54,258 nt of DNA, from positions 1 to 54,258 of the IMG/VR virus record IMGVR_UViG_3300027963_000096; one strand, written 5' to 3'. Made by a program: the position numbers and the translations under genes. Positions 17,309-25,838 of the stretch are shown in pieces. The notes under the pieces were generated by a model, which saw only the letters and a program-made list of their open reading frames with translations, was not told the origin of the DNA and did no database searches. The stretch comes from a virus (Duplodnaviria; Caudoviricetes). Positions within the stretch are counted from its first letter, which is position 1; each line of letters opens with the position of its first letter.

Positions 17309-17589
17309 ACACTCTAGCAACACACGATATGTCATTCAGCGAGGCACTACGCGCCTTGAAACACGGCAAGAAGCTGGCACGCGTTGGGTGGAACGGCAAG
17401 GACATGTTTGTTTTCCTTGTAAAAGGCAGCACGTTTACCGTCAATCGCGCTCCCCTGCTTGGTATTTTTGAGGAAGGAACCGAGGTTAATTACCGTCCAC
17501 ACATTGACATCAAAAATGCGGACGGGTCAATTTCAACTTGGGTTCCAAGTATTGGTGACGTAATGGCAGAAGATTGGATGCTGGTATGA
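17305..17589 (+). CDS. DUF2829 protein (Tad2-like nucleotide-signal sponge candidate)
   Basis: MSFSEAL.ALK.GKK.AR.GWNGKDMF...PHIDIK...W.PS..D..AEDW signature. Confidence 0.85.
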   Translation: MNTLATHDMSFSEALRALKHGKKLARVGWNGKDMFVFLVKGSTFTVNRAPLLGIFEEGTEVNYRPHIDIKNADGSISTWVPSIGDVMAEDWMLV

Positions 17590-18737
17590 GCGGCCACGCC
17601 AAGCTCTCCCCGAGCTCTGCGGTGCGCTGGATGACCTGCCCCGGCAGCGTCACCCTGTCCGAGGGCATCGAGGACAAGTCGTCAAGCAACGCCGACGAGG
17701 GCACGATGATGCATTACTTCGCGGCAGGCTGTTTGGAGACCGGTGTCGATGCCACGGATTACTTTGGCGTATCGTGTGAGGAGACTGGCCTGCGTTTGAA
17801 CGAGAAGCAGGCCAAGGACGTGCAGTTCTACGTGGACCACGTCCGCGAGATCGTGGCGGCCACCGGTGGAGAGCTGATGGTGGAGCAGCGCCTGCCCATC
17901 GGCTGGCTGACCGGTGAGGAGGGTGCCCACGGCACGGCTGACGCCGTCATCGTGACGCCCGACGAGCTGATCATCGTGGACGCCAAGTTCGGGTACAAGG
18001 AGGTGGATGCCGACGACAACCCGCAGCTCATGATCTACGCGGCAGCGGCATGGGACGAGCTGAAGGTCGCCTACGACTTCCAGCGCGTACGTGTCGTCAT
18101 CAGCCAGCCCCGCCTGTTGGCCAAGCCGGAGTTCAGCTTCAGCATGGGCGGGCTGCAAAACTTTATAGCCGAAGTAGCCTTTGCCGCAGAGTACACGCGC
18201 CACAACCCTGACAAGTACGTGCCAAGCGAGAAGGCGTGCCAGTGGTGCCGGGCCAAGGCGATCTGCCCGGCCCTGCGCGAGCATGCGCTGGCCGACTTTG
18301 ACGTGGTGGTGCCCGAGACAGCGCACGAGGACGATCTGGCGCGGGTCATGGCCAACGCCAACCTGATCGAGGGCTGGATCATGGCCGTGCGTGCGGAGGT
18401 CGAGCGGCGCCTGCTGGCCAACATCCCCGTGCCCGGCTACAAGCTGGTACAGGGCAAGAAGGGCAACCGGGCGTGGGCCGACGCGGACGTGGCCGAGGCG
18501 GCGCTCAAGGCCATGCGCATCAAGCACGACCAGATGTACGACTACAAGCTGGCCAGCCCCACCAGCATCGAGAAGCTGGCCAAGGCCGACGAGATTGGGC
18601 CACGCCAGTGGACCAAGATTCAGGCCCTGATCACCCAAAGCGACGGCAAGCCATCGGTGGCGCCCGTATCCGACAAGCGTCCTGCACTGGTCACGTCAGT
18701 GGATGCCTCTGAGTTTGACGACGTGACAGACCTTTAA
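17586..18737 (+). CDS. DUF2800 Cas4-like PD-(D/E)XK exonuclease
   Basis: HAKLSPSS..RW..CPGS; EGT..H; EQR; GTADA; IVDAKFG; NPQL.IYA; CQWC..K..CP. Confidence 0.9.
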   Translation: MSGHAKLSPSSAVRWMTCPGSVTLSEGIEDKSSSNADEGTMMHYFAAGCLETGVDATDYFGVSCEETGLRLNEKQAKDVQFYVDHVREIVAATGGELMVEQRLPIGWLTGEEGAHGTADAVIVTPDELIIVDAKFGYKEVDADDNPQLMIYAAAAWDELKVAYDFQRVRVVISQPRLLAKPEFSFSMGGLQNFIAEVAFAAEYTRHNPDKYVPSEKACQWCRAKAICPALREHALADFDVVVPETAHEDDLARVMANANLIEGWIMAVRAEVERRLLANIPVPGYKLVQGKKGNRAWADADVAEAALKAMRIKHDQMYDYKLASPTSIEKLAKADEIGPRQWTKIQALITQSDGKPSVAPVSDKRPALVTSVDASEFDDVTDL

Positions 18738-18753
18738 CTCTTGAAAGACCATC

Positions 18754-19311
18754 ATGGAAATCATCATCAAAAACGTGCGCCTGTCGTACCCCAACCTGTT
18801 CACCGCCAAGGAATTCAAGGCAGGTGACGGTAAGCCACGCTGGAGCGCCGCGTTCATCATCGAACCCGGCAGCGACAACGACCAGCACATCCGCGCGGCC
18901 ATTGAGGCCGAGGCCAAGACCATCTGGGGCGTTAAGGCAGCGGCCACGCTCAAGGGCATGGTTGGACAGTCCAACAAATACTGCTACACCGACGGCAACA
19001 CCAAGGGCCAAGAGGAGTACAAGGACAAGATGGTGCTGGCCACGCACCGCTCGGCCAAGCTCACCCGCCCGGTCATCATCGACAGGGACAAGAGCCCGCT
19101 GATTGGCGACATCAACCGCCCATACGGTGGCTGCTACGTCAACGCCAAGGTCGAGATTTACTGCCAGACCGGCGAGAACGCGGGCGTGCGCGCCAGCTTC
19201 TCGGTCGTGCAGTTCTACAAGGACGGCGACACGTTCTCCGCCAGCACGCCTTCGATTGAGGGCTTTGACGCCATCGAGGACGACGGCATGGACGGCGACG
19301 ACTTGGTCTGA
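18754..19311 (+). CDS. DUF2815 single-stranded DNA-binding protein (gp2.5-like)
   Basis: NVRLSYPNLF...YGGCYVNA...VQFYKDG, acidic C-terminal tail. Confidence 0.9.
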   Translation: MEIIIKNVRLSYPNLFTAKEFKAGDGKPRWSAAFIIEPGSDNDQHIRAAIEAEAKTIWGVKAAATLKGMVGQSNKYCYTDGNTKGQEEYKDKMVLATHRSAKLTRPVIIDRDKSPLIGDINRPYGGCYVNAKVEIYCQTGENAGVRASFSVVQFYKDGDTFSASTPSIEGFDAIEDDGMDGDDLV

Positions 19312-19316
19312 TTTTC

Positions 19317-19369
19317 GGGGGGAAAGCTAAGTTTCAATTTGCAGTTGCCGCTTTACAGCGAGTACCCCC
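19317..19369 (+). ncRNA. Putative structured RNA hairpin with bulged-G (loop E / sarcin-ricin-like) internal loop
   Basis: GGGGG-GAAA-GCU...AGC-GAGUA-CCCCC immediately after the SSB stop codon. Confidence 0.4.
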
Positions 19370-19396
19370 ACCTACACACACTTTGGAGATACACAC

Positions 19397-19759
19397 ATGA
19401 CACGAGCTATACCCACCCGCCTGACCCACCTGAAGTTCAACAAACTGATGGAATGGGCCAAAGAGAACAACAGCATCCTGCAGAGCCTAGACCGCACCGA
19501 GCTGGCCAAGCTGGCATCCGCTGCGCTAGATTTTCCCGTATCCACGTCCACCTTCACGTCGCTCAGTGACGTACTGGGGGTTAGGATTGGCAAGCCCTAC
19601 ATCCAAAGGAAGGGTCCAAAAGACGCAACCCGCCTTGACCAGATCGAGGCCGATATTCGTACTCTGGCAAACGCTTTTCAAGCATTTTCAGAAAATCAAA
19701 TTAATCAAAAATCTCCGCATGTGGACCGTATTTTGGCCCGTAACAAGGAAACATCATGA
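19397..19759 (+). CDS. Hypothetical protein (120 aa)
   Basis: GGAG RBS; coupled to the next gene. Confidence 0.65.
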   Translation: MTRAIPTRLTHLKFNKLMEWAKENNSILQSLDRTELAKLASAALDFPVSTSTFTSLSDVLGVRIGKPYIQRKGPKDATRLDQIEADIRTLANAFQAFSENQINQKSPHVDRILARNKETS

Positions 19760-19947
19760 GCGCGATGAAAGAAGAACTGCTGACCATCGTTGAGGCCATC
19801 GACTGGGTGTTTGGCGAGGGCTATGCCAAGAAGAACCCCGAGCTGGTGGGGCGCATGCTCCAGTCCAACGCGGTGAGCTATGCCTCGTACCAGATGAGCG
19901 AAGCCATCCGCCCATTGGACGAAGAAGACGAAGAAATTCCGCTGTAG
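19756..19947 (+). CDS. Hypothetical protein (63 aa)
   Basis: AAGGA RBS, ATGA overlap; ID..FGEGYAKKNPELVG motif. Confidence 0.65.
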   Translation: MSAMKEELLTIVEAIDWVFGEGYAKKNPELVGRMLQSNAVSYASYQMSEAIRPLDEEDEEIPL

Positions 19948-19971
19948 ACTAGCATCGCACTACATACCCAC

Positions 19972-22032
19972 ATGCGAACGCTTTACCTCGACTTGGAGAC
20001 CTACTCCGAGAGACCGATTACACATGGCACCCATGCCTATGCCGCAAACGCGGAGATTCTGCTTGCGGCATGGGCATGGGACGATGCCCCCGTGCAGGTC
20101 CACGACTTCACGCTTTCTGATATGCCGTCAGAATTCACCGACCCCTTGCTCGACCCCGACGTTGAGGTGGTCATCCACAACAGCCACTTTGACCGCACGG
20201 TGATCCGGCACGTCTGGGGCATCGACATCCCCACCAAGCGCATCCACGACACCATGGTGCAGGCCATGGCGCACAGCCTGCCCGGCGGCCTTGGCATGCT
20301 CTGCGAGGTGCTGGGCCTGCCCGCCGACAAGGCCAAGGACAAGGACGGCAAGAAGCTGATCAACCTGTTCTGCAAGCCGCTGCCCGCCAACCGCAAGTTG
20401 CGCCGCGCTACCAGCGGGACGCACCCAGCCGAGTGGGAGCGCTTCAAGGCCTACGCCGCCAGCGACATCGAGGCCATGCGCGAGGTCAAGAAGCGCATGC
20501 CTATGCTCAACTTCACGCCCGCAGAGCGCGAGCTGTGGCAGCTCGACCAGCGCATAAACGACCGGGGCGTGGCCATCGACCTCAAGCTGGTGGACTCGGC
20601 CATCGACGCGATATACGCCGCCCGGCACGAGCTGGCGGACCGCACGCGGGCGCTGACCGACGGCAGCGTGTCGAGCACCACGCTCAACGAGGTCTTCCGG
20701 CTGCACCTGTTCGAGGCCTTCGGCATCGACCTGCCCGACCTGCAGATGGCGACGCTGGAGAAGGCGCTGGCCGCCAACGACATGAACCCGGCCATGCGCG
20801 AGCTGCTGCTGATCCGGCTGCAGGCCAGCAGCACCAGCACGGCCAAGTACCGGGTGCTCAGGAACGGCACCAGCGATGACGGGCGCCTGCGCGGGCTGCT
20901 GCAGTTCTGTGGGGCCACCCGCACGGGGCGCTGGGCGGGGCGGCTGTTCCAGCCCCAGAACCTGCCCCGGCCAACGCTCAAGCAGAAGGCCATCGACGCG
21001 GGCATCGAGGCGCTGCGGGCTAACTGCGCGCACCTGACCACCGACAACGTCATGGAGCTGGTGAGCTCCGCGATCCGTAGCTGCATCGTGGCACCCCGAG
21101 GCAAGAAGCTGGTGGTGGCCGACCTGTCCAACATCGAGGGCCGGGTCCAGAGCTGGCTGGCCAACGAGGAATGGAAGCTGAAGGCCTTCCGCGACTTCGA
21201 CGCCAAGGTCGGCCCCGACCTGTACAAGCTGGCCTACAGCAAGTCCTTCGGGATCGCTCCAGAGGCCGTCACGGACGACCAGCGGCAGGTGGGCAAGGTG
21301 CAGGAGCTGGCGCTGGGCTACGAGGGCGGCGTGGGCGCGTTTGCGACGTTTGCCGGGGCCTACGGCATCAACTTGGATATGCTGTCCCAGAAGGTGCTGC
21401 TGGACGCGCCAGAGGGCTTGGTGGCCAAGGCCGACGACTTCTTGGTGTGGTTCAAGAAGGAGAAGCGCTCGCGCTACGGGCTGTCCGACGACGCCTTCGT
21501 GGCCTGCGACGTCTTGAAGCGCATGTGGCGCGACGCGCACCCCAACATCGCCGGGTACTGGCACAAGCTCAAGGACGTGGCCGCGCGGGCGATAGCCAAC
21601 CGTGGCAACACCATCAACGAGCTGGGCCTGCGGGTACGGTCCACCAAGAGCTGGCTGGTGGTGGAGATGCCCTCGGGCCGCTCGCTGTGCTACCCGAAGC
21701 CTCGGATTGACGAGGACGGCGCCCTGAGCTACATGGGCGTCGACCAGTACACCCGCAAGTGGACCCGCATCCACACCCATGGCGGCAAGCTGTTTGAGAA
21801 CCTGTGCCAAGCCGTGGCGCGCGACATCATGGCGGCCAACATGCCCCTGATTGAGGAGGCGGGCTACAAGATCGTGCTCACGGTCCACGACGAGATCATC
21901 GCCGAGGCGCCCGACGAGCCGCAGTACAACGCCCAGCACTTGGCCAGCCTGCTGGCGGCCAACCCTGCTTGGGCACCCGACATCCCGCTGGCTGCAGCGG
22001 GCTTTGAGACATACCGATACCGGAAAGGTTGA
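19972..22032 (+). CDS. polA: Family A DNA polymerase (SPO2/APSE type) with 3'-5' exonuclease
   Basis: ExoI DLET, HNSHFDR, YAASDIE; TGRW...QPQNLPR; motif A DLSNIEGR; motif B RQVGKVQELALGY; motif C TVHDE. Confidence 0.95.
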   Translation: MRTLYLDLETYSERPITHGTHAYAANAEILLAAWAWDDAPVQVHDFTLSDMPSEFTDPLLDPDVEVVIHNSHFDRTVIRHVWGIDIPTKRIHDTMVQAMAHSLPGGLGMLCEVLGLPADKAKDKDGKKLINLFCKPLPANRKLRRATSGTHPAEWERFKAYAASDIEAMREVKKRMPMLNFTPAERELWQLDQRINDRGVAIDLKLVDSAIDAIYAARHELADRTRALTDGSVSSTTLNEVFRLHLFEAFGIDLPDLQMATLEKALAANDMNPAMRELLLIRLQASSTSTAKYRVLRNGTSDDGRLRGLLQFCGATRTGRWAGRLFQPQNLPRPTLKQKAIDAGIEALRANCAHLTTDNVMELVSSAIRSCIVAPRGKKLVVADLSNIEGRVQSWLANEEWKLKAFRDFDAKVGPDLYKLAYSKSFGIAPEAVTDDQRQVGKVQELALGYEGGVGAFATFAGAYGINLDMLSQKVLLDAPEGLVAKADDFLVWFKKEKRSRYGLSDDAFVACDVLKRMWRDAHPNIAGYWHKLKDVAARAIANRGNTINELGLRVRSTKSWLVVEMPSGRSLCYPKPRIDEDGALSYMGVDQYTRKWTRIHTHGGKLFENLCQAVARDIMAANMPLIEEAGYKIVLTVHDEIIAEAPDEPQYNAQHLASLLAANPAWAPDIPLAAAGFETYRYRKG

Positions 22033-22033
22033 T

Positions 22034-22336
22034 ATGCGTGAATCTGAGATTGAGAAGTACCTTGTCAAGAAAGTCAAGGCACTGGGCGGCGAGGTCCGCA
22101 AGGTCAAGTGGATCGGGCGCAACGGCGCGCCTGACCGGCTGGTGATGCTGCCGGACTGGGAGCCATCGCCCGGCAACTTCTACACCCGCACCGTCTGGGT
22201 AGAGCTGAAGGCCACCGGCAAGGTCGCAGAGCCGCATCAGTACCGCGAGCACAATCGCATGCGGGCCATGGGCCAACGCGTCGTGGTGATCGACAGCATC
22301 GAAAGCGTTGACGCGCTGTTCCCAAATGAGGTCTGA
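22034..22336 (+). CDS. VRR-NUC nuclease
   Basis: MRESEIE...GAPDRL...VELKA...Q...H..MR..G..V.VIDS. Confidence 0.9.
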   Translation: MRESEIEKYLVKKVKALGGEVRKVKWIGRNGAPDRLVMLPDWEPSPGNFYTRTVWVELKATGKVAEPHQYREHNRMRAMGQRVVVIDSIESVDALFPNEV

Positions 22337-23702
22337 ATTCACCCCCCGCCCGTATCAGGGCATGATCATCGACCACATCATCGACACCCCGCGCTGCGCG
22401 ATCTGGGCCGGTATGGGCACCGGCAAGACCGTGGCCACCCTGACCGCGCTGGACACGCTGCAGATGGTCGAGGACGGCCCCGTGCTGGTTATCGCGCCCC
22501 TGCGGGTGGCCAACGACACGTGGCCCAACGAGGTTTTGAAATGGGAGCACCTGCGCGACGTGAACGTGTCCGTGATCACGGGCACCGAGAAGGAGCGGCT
22601 GGCCGCCATCAAGACGCCCGCGCAGGTCTACGTCACCAACTACGAGCAGATCGTCTGGCTGGTGGAATACTGGGGCGACCGGTGGCCCTACGCCACGGTG
22701 GTGCTGGACGAGTCCACCAAGGTCAAGAACTTCCGGCTACGCCAAGGTGGCAAGCGCGCGCAGGCCTTGGGCAAGATCGCCCACACCAAGATCAAGCGGC
22801 TGATCGAGCTCACCGGCACCCCGGCCAGCAACGGCCTCAAAGACCTGTGGGGCCAGTCGTGGTTCTTGGACGCGGGCACCCGGCTGGGGCGCACCTACAG
22901 CGCCTTCAGCCAGCGCTGGTTCCGCGAGGGCTTTGACGGCTTCAGCTTGGTGCCCGTGCCCGCAGCCCAGACCGAGATTCAGGACCGGCTGCGCGACGTC
23001 TGCCTGACCATCGAGGCCAAGGACTGGTTTGACCTGCACGAGCCCATCGTCACCGACGTCATGGTGGACCTGCCGCCCAAGGCGCGCAAGCACTACCGCG
23101 ACATGGAGGACGAGATGTACACCGAGCTGGAGGGCATCGAGGTCGAGGCCTTCAACGCGGCGGCCAAGACCATCAAGTGCCTGCAGCTCGCCGCTGGCGC
23201 GGCCTACACCGACGACACCCGAAAGAACTGGACCGAGACCCACAAGGTCAAGCTAGAGGCGCTGGAGTCGATCATTGAGGAGGCCGCAGGCATGCCCGTG
23301 CTGGTGGCCTACAACTTCAAGAGCGACTTGGCGCGGCTGCTAAAGGCCTTCCCGCAGGGGCGGCATCTGGACAAGAACCCCGGCACCATCAAGGACTGGA
23401 ACGCGGGCAAGATACCGGTTATGTTCGCCCACCCGGCCAGCGCGGGCCACGGCCTGAACCTGCAGGACGGCGGCAACATCTTGGTGTTCTTCTCGCCCAA
23501 CTGGAACCTTGAGGAGCACCTGCAGATCATCGAGCGGATCGGCCCCACCCGGCAGATGCAGGCGGGCTACGACCGCCCGGTGTTCATCTACCGGATCATC
23601 GCCCGCGACACCGTCGACGAGCTGGTGCTGGACCGCCTTACAACCAAGCGCAGGGTGCAGGACATCCTGCTGGACGCAATGAAGAAACGGAGAAAGAAAT
23701 GA
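22326..23702 (+). CDS. SNF2-family helicase
   Basis: PRPYQ; GMGTGKT; VLDES; LTGTP; SAGHGLNLQ; Q...RIG..RQ. Confidence 0.93.
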   Translation: MRSEFTPRPYQGMIIDHIIDTPRCAIWAGMGTGKTVATLTALDTLQMVEDGPVLVIAPLRVANDTWPNEVLKWEHLRDVNVSVITGTEKERLAAIKTPAQVYVTNYEQIVWLVEYWGDRWPYATVVLDESTKVKNFRLRQGGKRAQALGKIAHTKIKRLIELTGTPASNGLKDLWGQSWFLDAGTRLGRTYSAFSQRWFREGFDGFSLVPVPAAQTEIQDRLRDVCLTIEAKDWFDLHEPIVTDVMVDLPPKARKHYRDMEDEMYTELEGIEVEAFNAAAKTIKCLQLAAGAAYTDDTRKNWTETHKVKLEALESIIEEAAGMPVLVAYNFKSDLARLLKAFPQGRHLDKNPGTIKDWNAGKIPVMFAHPASAGHGLNLQDGGNILVFFSPNWNLEEHLQIIERIGPTRQMQAGYDRPVFIYRIIARDTVDELVLDRLTTKRRVQDILLDAMKKRRKK

Positions 23703-23929
23703 TGGCAGACTTTGCGAGCTGGAAGCAGGAGAACTTGGCGAAGTACGCCGAGGAGGTGAGCGAGGAGAACCGGCGGCTGCGGGACGACAACAAGATGCTG
23801 CTGGCCGCGTGGCGGCTGGCGGTCAGCGAAAAATGTCGGGCCGAAGCTCTTGCCGGGTCACAAGGCCCTGCGTCGCCTCCTCAATCTTCAGCGCCAGTAT
23901 GGGCGAAGGCTGACGGGTCCCGGCAATGA
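23699..23929 (+). CDS. Hypothetical protein (76 aa)
   Basis: ATGA overlap with the helicase; 3' half overlaps an antisense Cro-like gene. Confidence 0.5.
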   Translation: MMADFASWKQENLAKYAEEVSEENRRLRDDNKMLLAAWRLAVSEKCRAEALAGSQGPASPPQSSAPVWAKADGSRQ

Positions 23930-24023
23930 GCAGGGCCATCCACGTGGGGGTGATCTTGAGGTACTCGGCCATCTCGCCCTTGGCACCCCGCACATCCGAG
24001 CTAAAGTATTCTTGCAGGTTCAT
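23823..24023 (-). CDS. Second Cro/YdaS-like HTH regulator (66 aa)
   Basis: MNLQEYF...EMAEYLKIT..W...IAG.RQPSP.LALKIEEATQG.VTRQELRPDIF; TATAAT 6 nt before the ATG. Confidence 0.8.
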   Translation of the reverse strand: MNLQEYFSSDVRGAKGEMAEYLKITPTWMALLIAGTRQPSPILALKIEEATQGLVTRQELRPDIFR

Positions 24024-24068
24024 GCCTGCATTATAATCAAACCCTAAGTTACACCGATAGGAAACACC

Positions 24069-24311
24069 ATGCTTACCGAACACGATCTCAAGATGGCCCT
24101 CATGGACTGCAAGTGCCAGTCACCCTTCGCGCCCGTAGACCCCAAGGGCCTGTACACCAACAACCTCGACATCCTTGAGTTCGGGCGCAAGGTCGAGGAG
24201 AAGGTGGCGCTGATCTACGCCCGCAAGGAGCGCAAGCTGTGCATCGAGTTCGTGGAGTCGATCAACCCCTTGGTGGCGGCTGCGCTCACCGAGAAGCGGG
24301 GCGGGATGTAA
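24069..24311 (+). CDS. Hypothetical protein (80 aa)
   Basis: AGGA RBS; genome-typical GC3 bias. Confidence 0.65.
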   Translation: MLTEHDLKMALMDCKCQSPFAPVDPKGLYTNNLDILEFGRKVEEKVALIYARKERKLCIEFVESINPLVAAALTEKRGGM

Positions 24312-24380
24312 TGGCTATCTTGCTGGCCATCCTTGTGCCATTCAAGATTTTGCTTTTGCTGCTCTACCTATCGACGCGGT

Positions 24381-25838
24381 TTAGTAAACATTTCCCATAG
24401 CATCAACCTGATCCGGAATAGTCTGCTGCTCTTCCGGATGCGTTTTTAGATACTCGACACGGTCACGGGCCATGTTGTATAGGGGTAGCGCAACGGCTGC
24501 AGCGGGCAAAGCCCCTGCGGAACCAATAAAAGTTCCAGCCAAACCGGCGGCGCCTCCTAAACCTGAAAGCAACGCGCCGGTGTTATCCCCTTGCTTTAAC
24601 CGGTTGTACACATCGATAGCGCTAAACCCTGTTCCAGCACCAGCCAAGGCACCCTTTAGCGGAAAGCCTGCAAGCCGTTTGGCGTATTGCCATAAGGGGG
24701 ATGTGCTTTCAGCAGCGGGTGTGGCTGCGGCGGGGACTCGGGCGAGCATGGCCGCTTCCGCCGCTTTTGATTGCTCAAGTCTTTGCAGCGCTATGCGAGC
24801 TTGGGCTTGCCGCACCAGTTTTGCATTTTCAGCAAGCTGTTCGGCTTGACTCAGTTGGCCTGTCTTAGCCGCCAATGCGGCGGCGTCTTGGGGACTGATA
24901 ATCACGCCGCCCTTGGTAATTGTTCCACCAGTAAAACCGGGGGAGCCGTTTCTTCCTACGGTTTTCTTCATGAGCTTGGCGGCATCCAAGTCTTCTTTGC
25001 CCATCTGAGCATCAGGGATGTCAACGCCGGTCAGAGCCTTGGTCCAGTTCTCACCGCCGTATTTTGGGCTAACAGCGGCAGCAGCGGGGGCGGCCCCCGG
25101 GCGCACAGGTGCTGCTACGGGTTCAGACACCACGGCAGGCACAACTTCAGGTACGGTTGCCGCTGGCGGGACTCTACCGCGAAGGGAGTCAAAGGCCTCC
25201 CTCAACCCCGAGGCAGCGTTAAATTTAGCATCGAGCAGCGCTGCAGCGGTACCCGTAGCCGCACCCGCTTTTGCGCCCATTGCCGCGCCCAGTAACGGGT
25301 TTAGCGGCGTGGGTTCAACTTTTTGGTCAACAACCGGCTTTCCGGTTTGCTTACCGGGCAGCGCTGGTGCTTCAGGAGGCTCTTCTCCAACGGGTTCTGT
25401 AATGGGGTTTGAGGGAAGTTCCCCACCATAAAACGAGGCTACCTTGGCCATGTGGTTTACGGTTTCCTCGGGCAAGTCTTTTAGGTCACCCGAGGACAAA
25501 AACAAAGTGGTGGGGCTTGCGTTGTACCCCGCCAAAATCTTGTAGGGGTCGTTGCCAATTCTAGGATTACTGGATAGCTCCTTTAGCAGCCGCATCCCAC
25601 CTTCAATATTTTCATCTATATCGGCGGAATCAACCTTCAGCCCTTTGGCTGTTGCAGGCATCAACTGCATTATTCCAAACGCGTTTGAATTTGGATTCTT
25701 TATGTGGCGAAAACCGCTTTCTGCCATCACCATGGGCATAACGAAATCAGGGTTGATGCCGTACTTTTGAGCGGCTGCAGCTACCTTGGCCGCGTTGGCT
25801 AGCTGCTCATCGTCCAGTTTGCTGTAGTCCAATGCCAT
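24381..25838 (-). CDS. Virion-associated lytic transglycosylase (SLT domain) / ejection protein
   Basis: AESGF catalytic Glu, AFGIMQLMP, ENIEGG..LL, AGYNA; Ala/Gly-rich hydrophobic C-terminus. Confidence 0.85.
   Translation of the reverse strand: MALDYSKLDDEQLANAAKVAAAAQKYGINPDFVMPMVMAESGFRHIKNPNSNAFGIMQLMPATAKGLKVDSADIDENIEGGMRLLKELSSNPRIGNDPYKILAGYNASPTTLFLSSGDLKDLPEETVNHMAKVASFYGGELPSNPITEPVGEEPPEAPALPGKQTGKPVVDQKVEPTPLNPLLGAAMGAKAGAATGTAAALLDAKFNAASGLREAFDSLRGRVPPAATVPEVVPAVVSEPVAAPVRPGAAPAAAAVSPKYGGENWTKALTGVDIPDAQMGKEDLDAAKLMKKTVGRNGSPGFTGGTITKGGVIISPQDAAALAAKTGQLSQAEQLAENAKLVRQAQARIALQRLEQSKAAEAAMLARVPAAATPAAESTSPLWQYAKRLAGFPLKGALAGAGTGFSAIDVYNRLKQGDNTGALLSGLGGAAGLAGTFIGSAGALPAAAVALPLYNMARDRVEYLKTHPEEQQTIPDQVDAMGNVY

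Noticed and set aside
20128-22176. 682-aa antisense ORF opposite polA (similarly 5787-7019, 7914-9134, 10732-11631, 17682-18638, 47326-48420)
   Set aside because: Shadow frames expected from strong GC3 bias; no motifs or RBS, and each is fully opposite a well-supported gene.
24311-24400. 29-aa hydrophobic ORF (MAILLAILVPFKILLLLLYLSTRFSKHFP) coupled by TAATG
   Set aside because: Plausible but too short to support; it overlaps the convergent SLT gene end and has no recognisable family.
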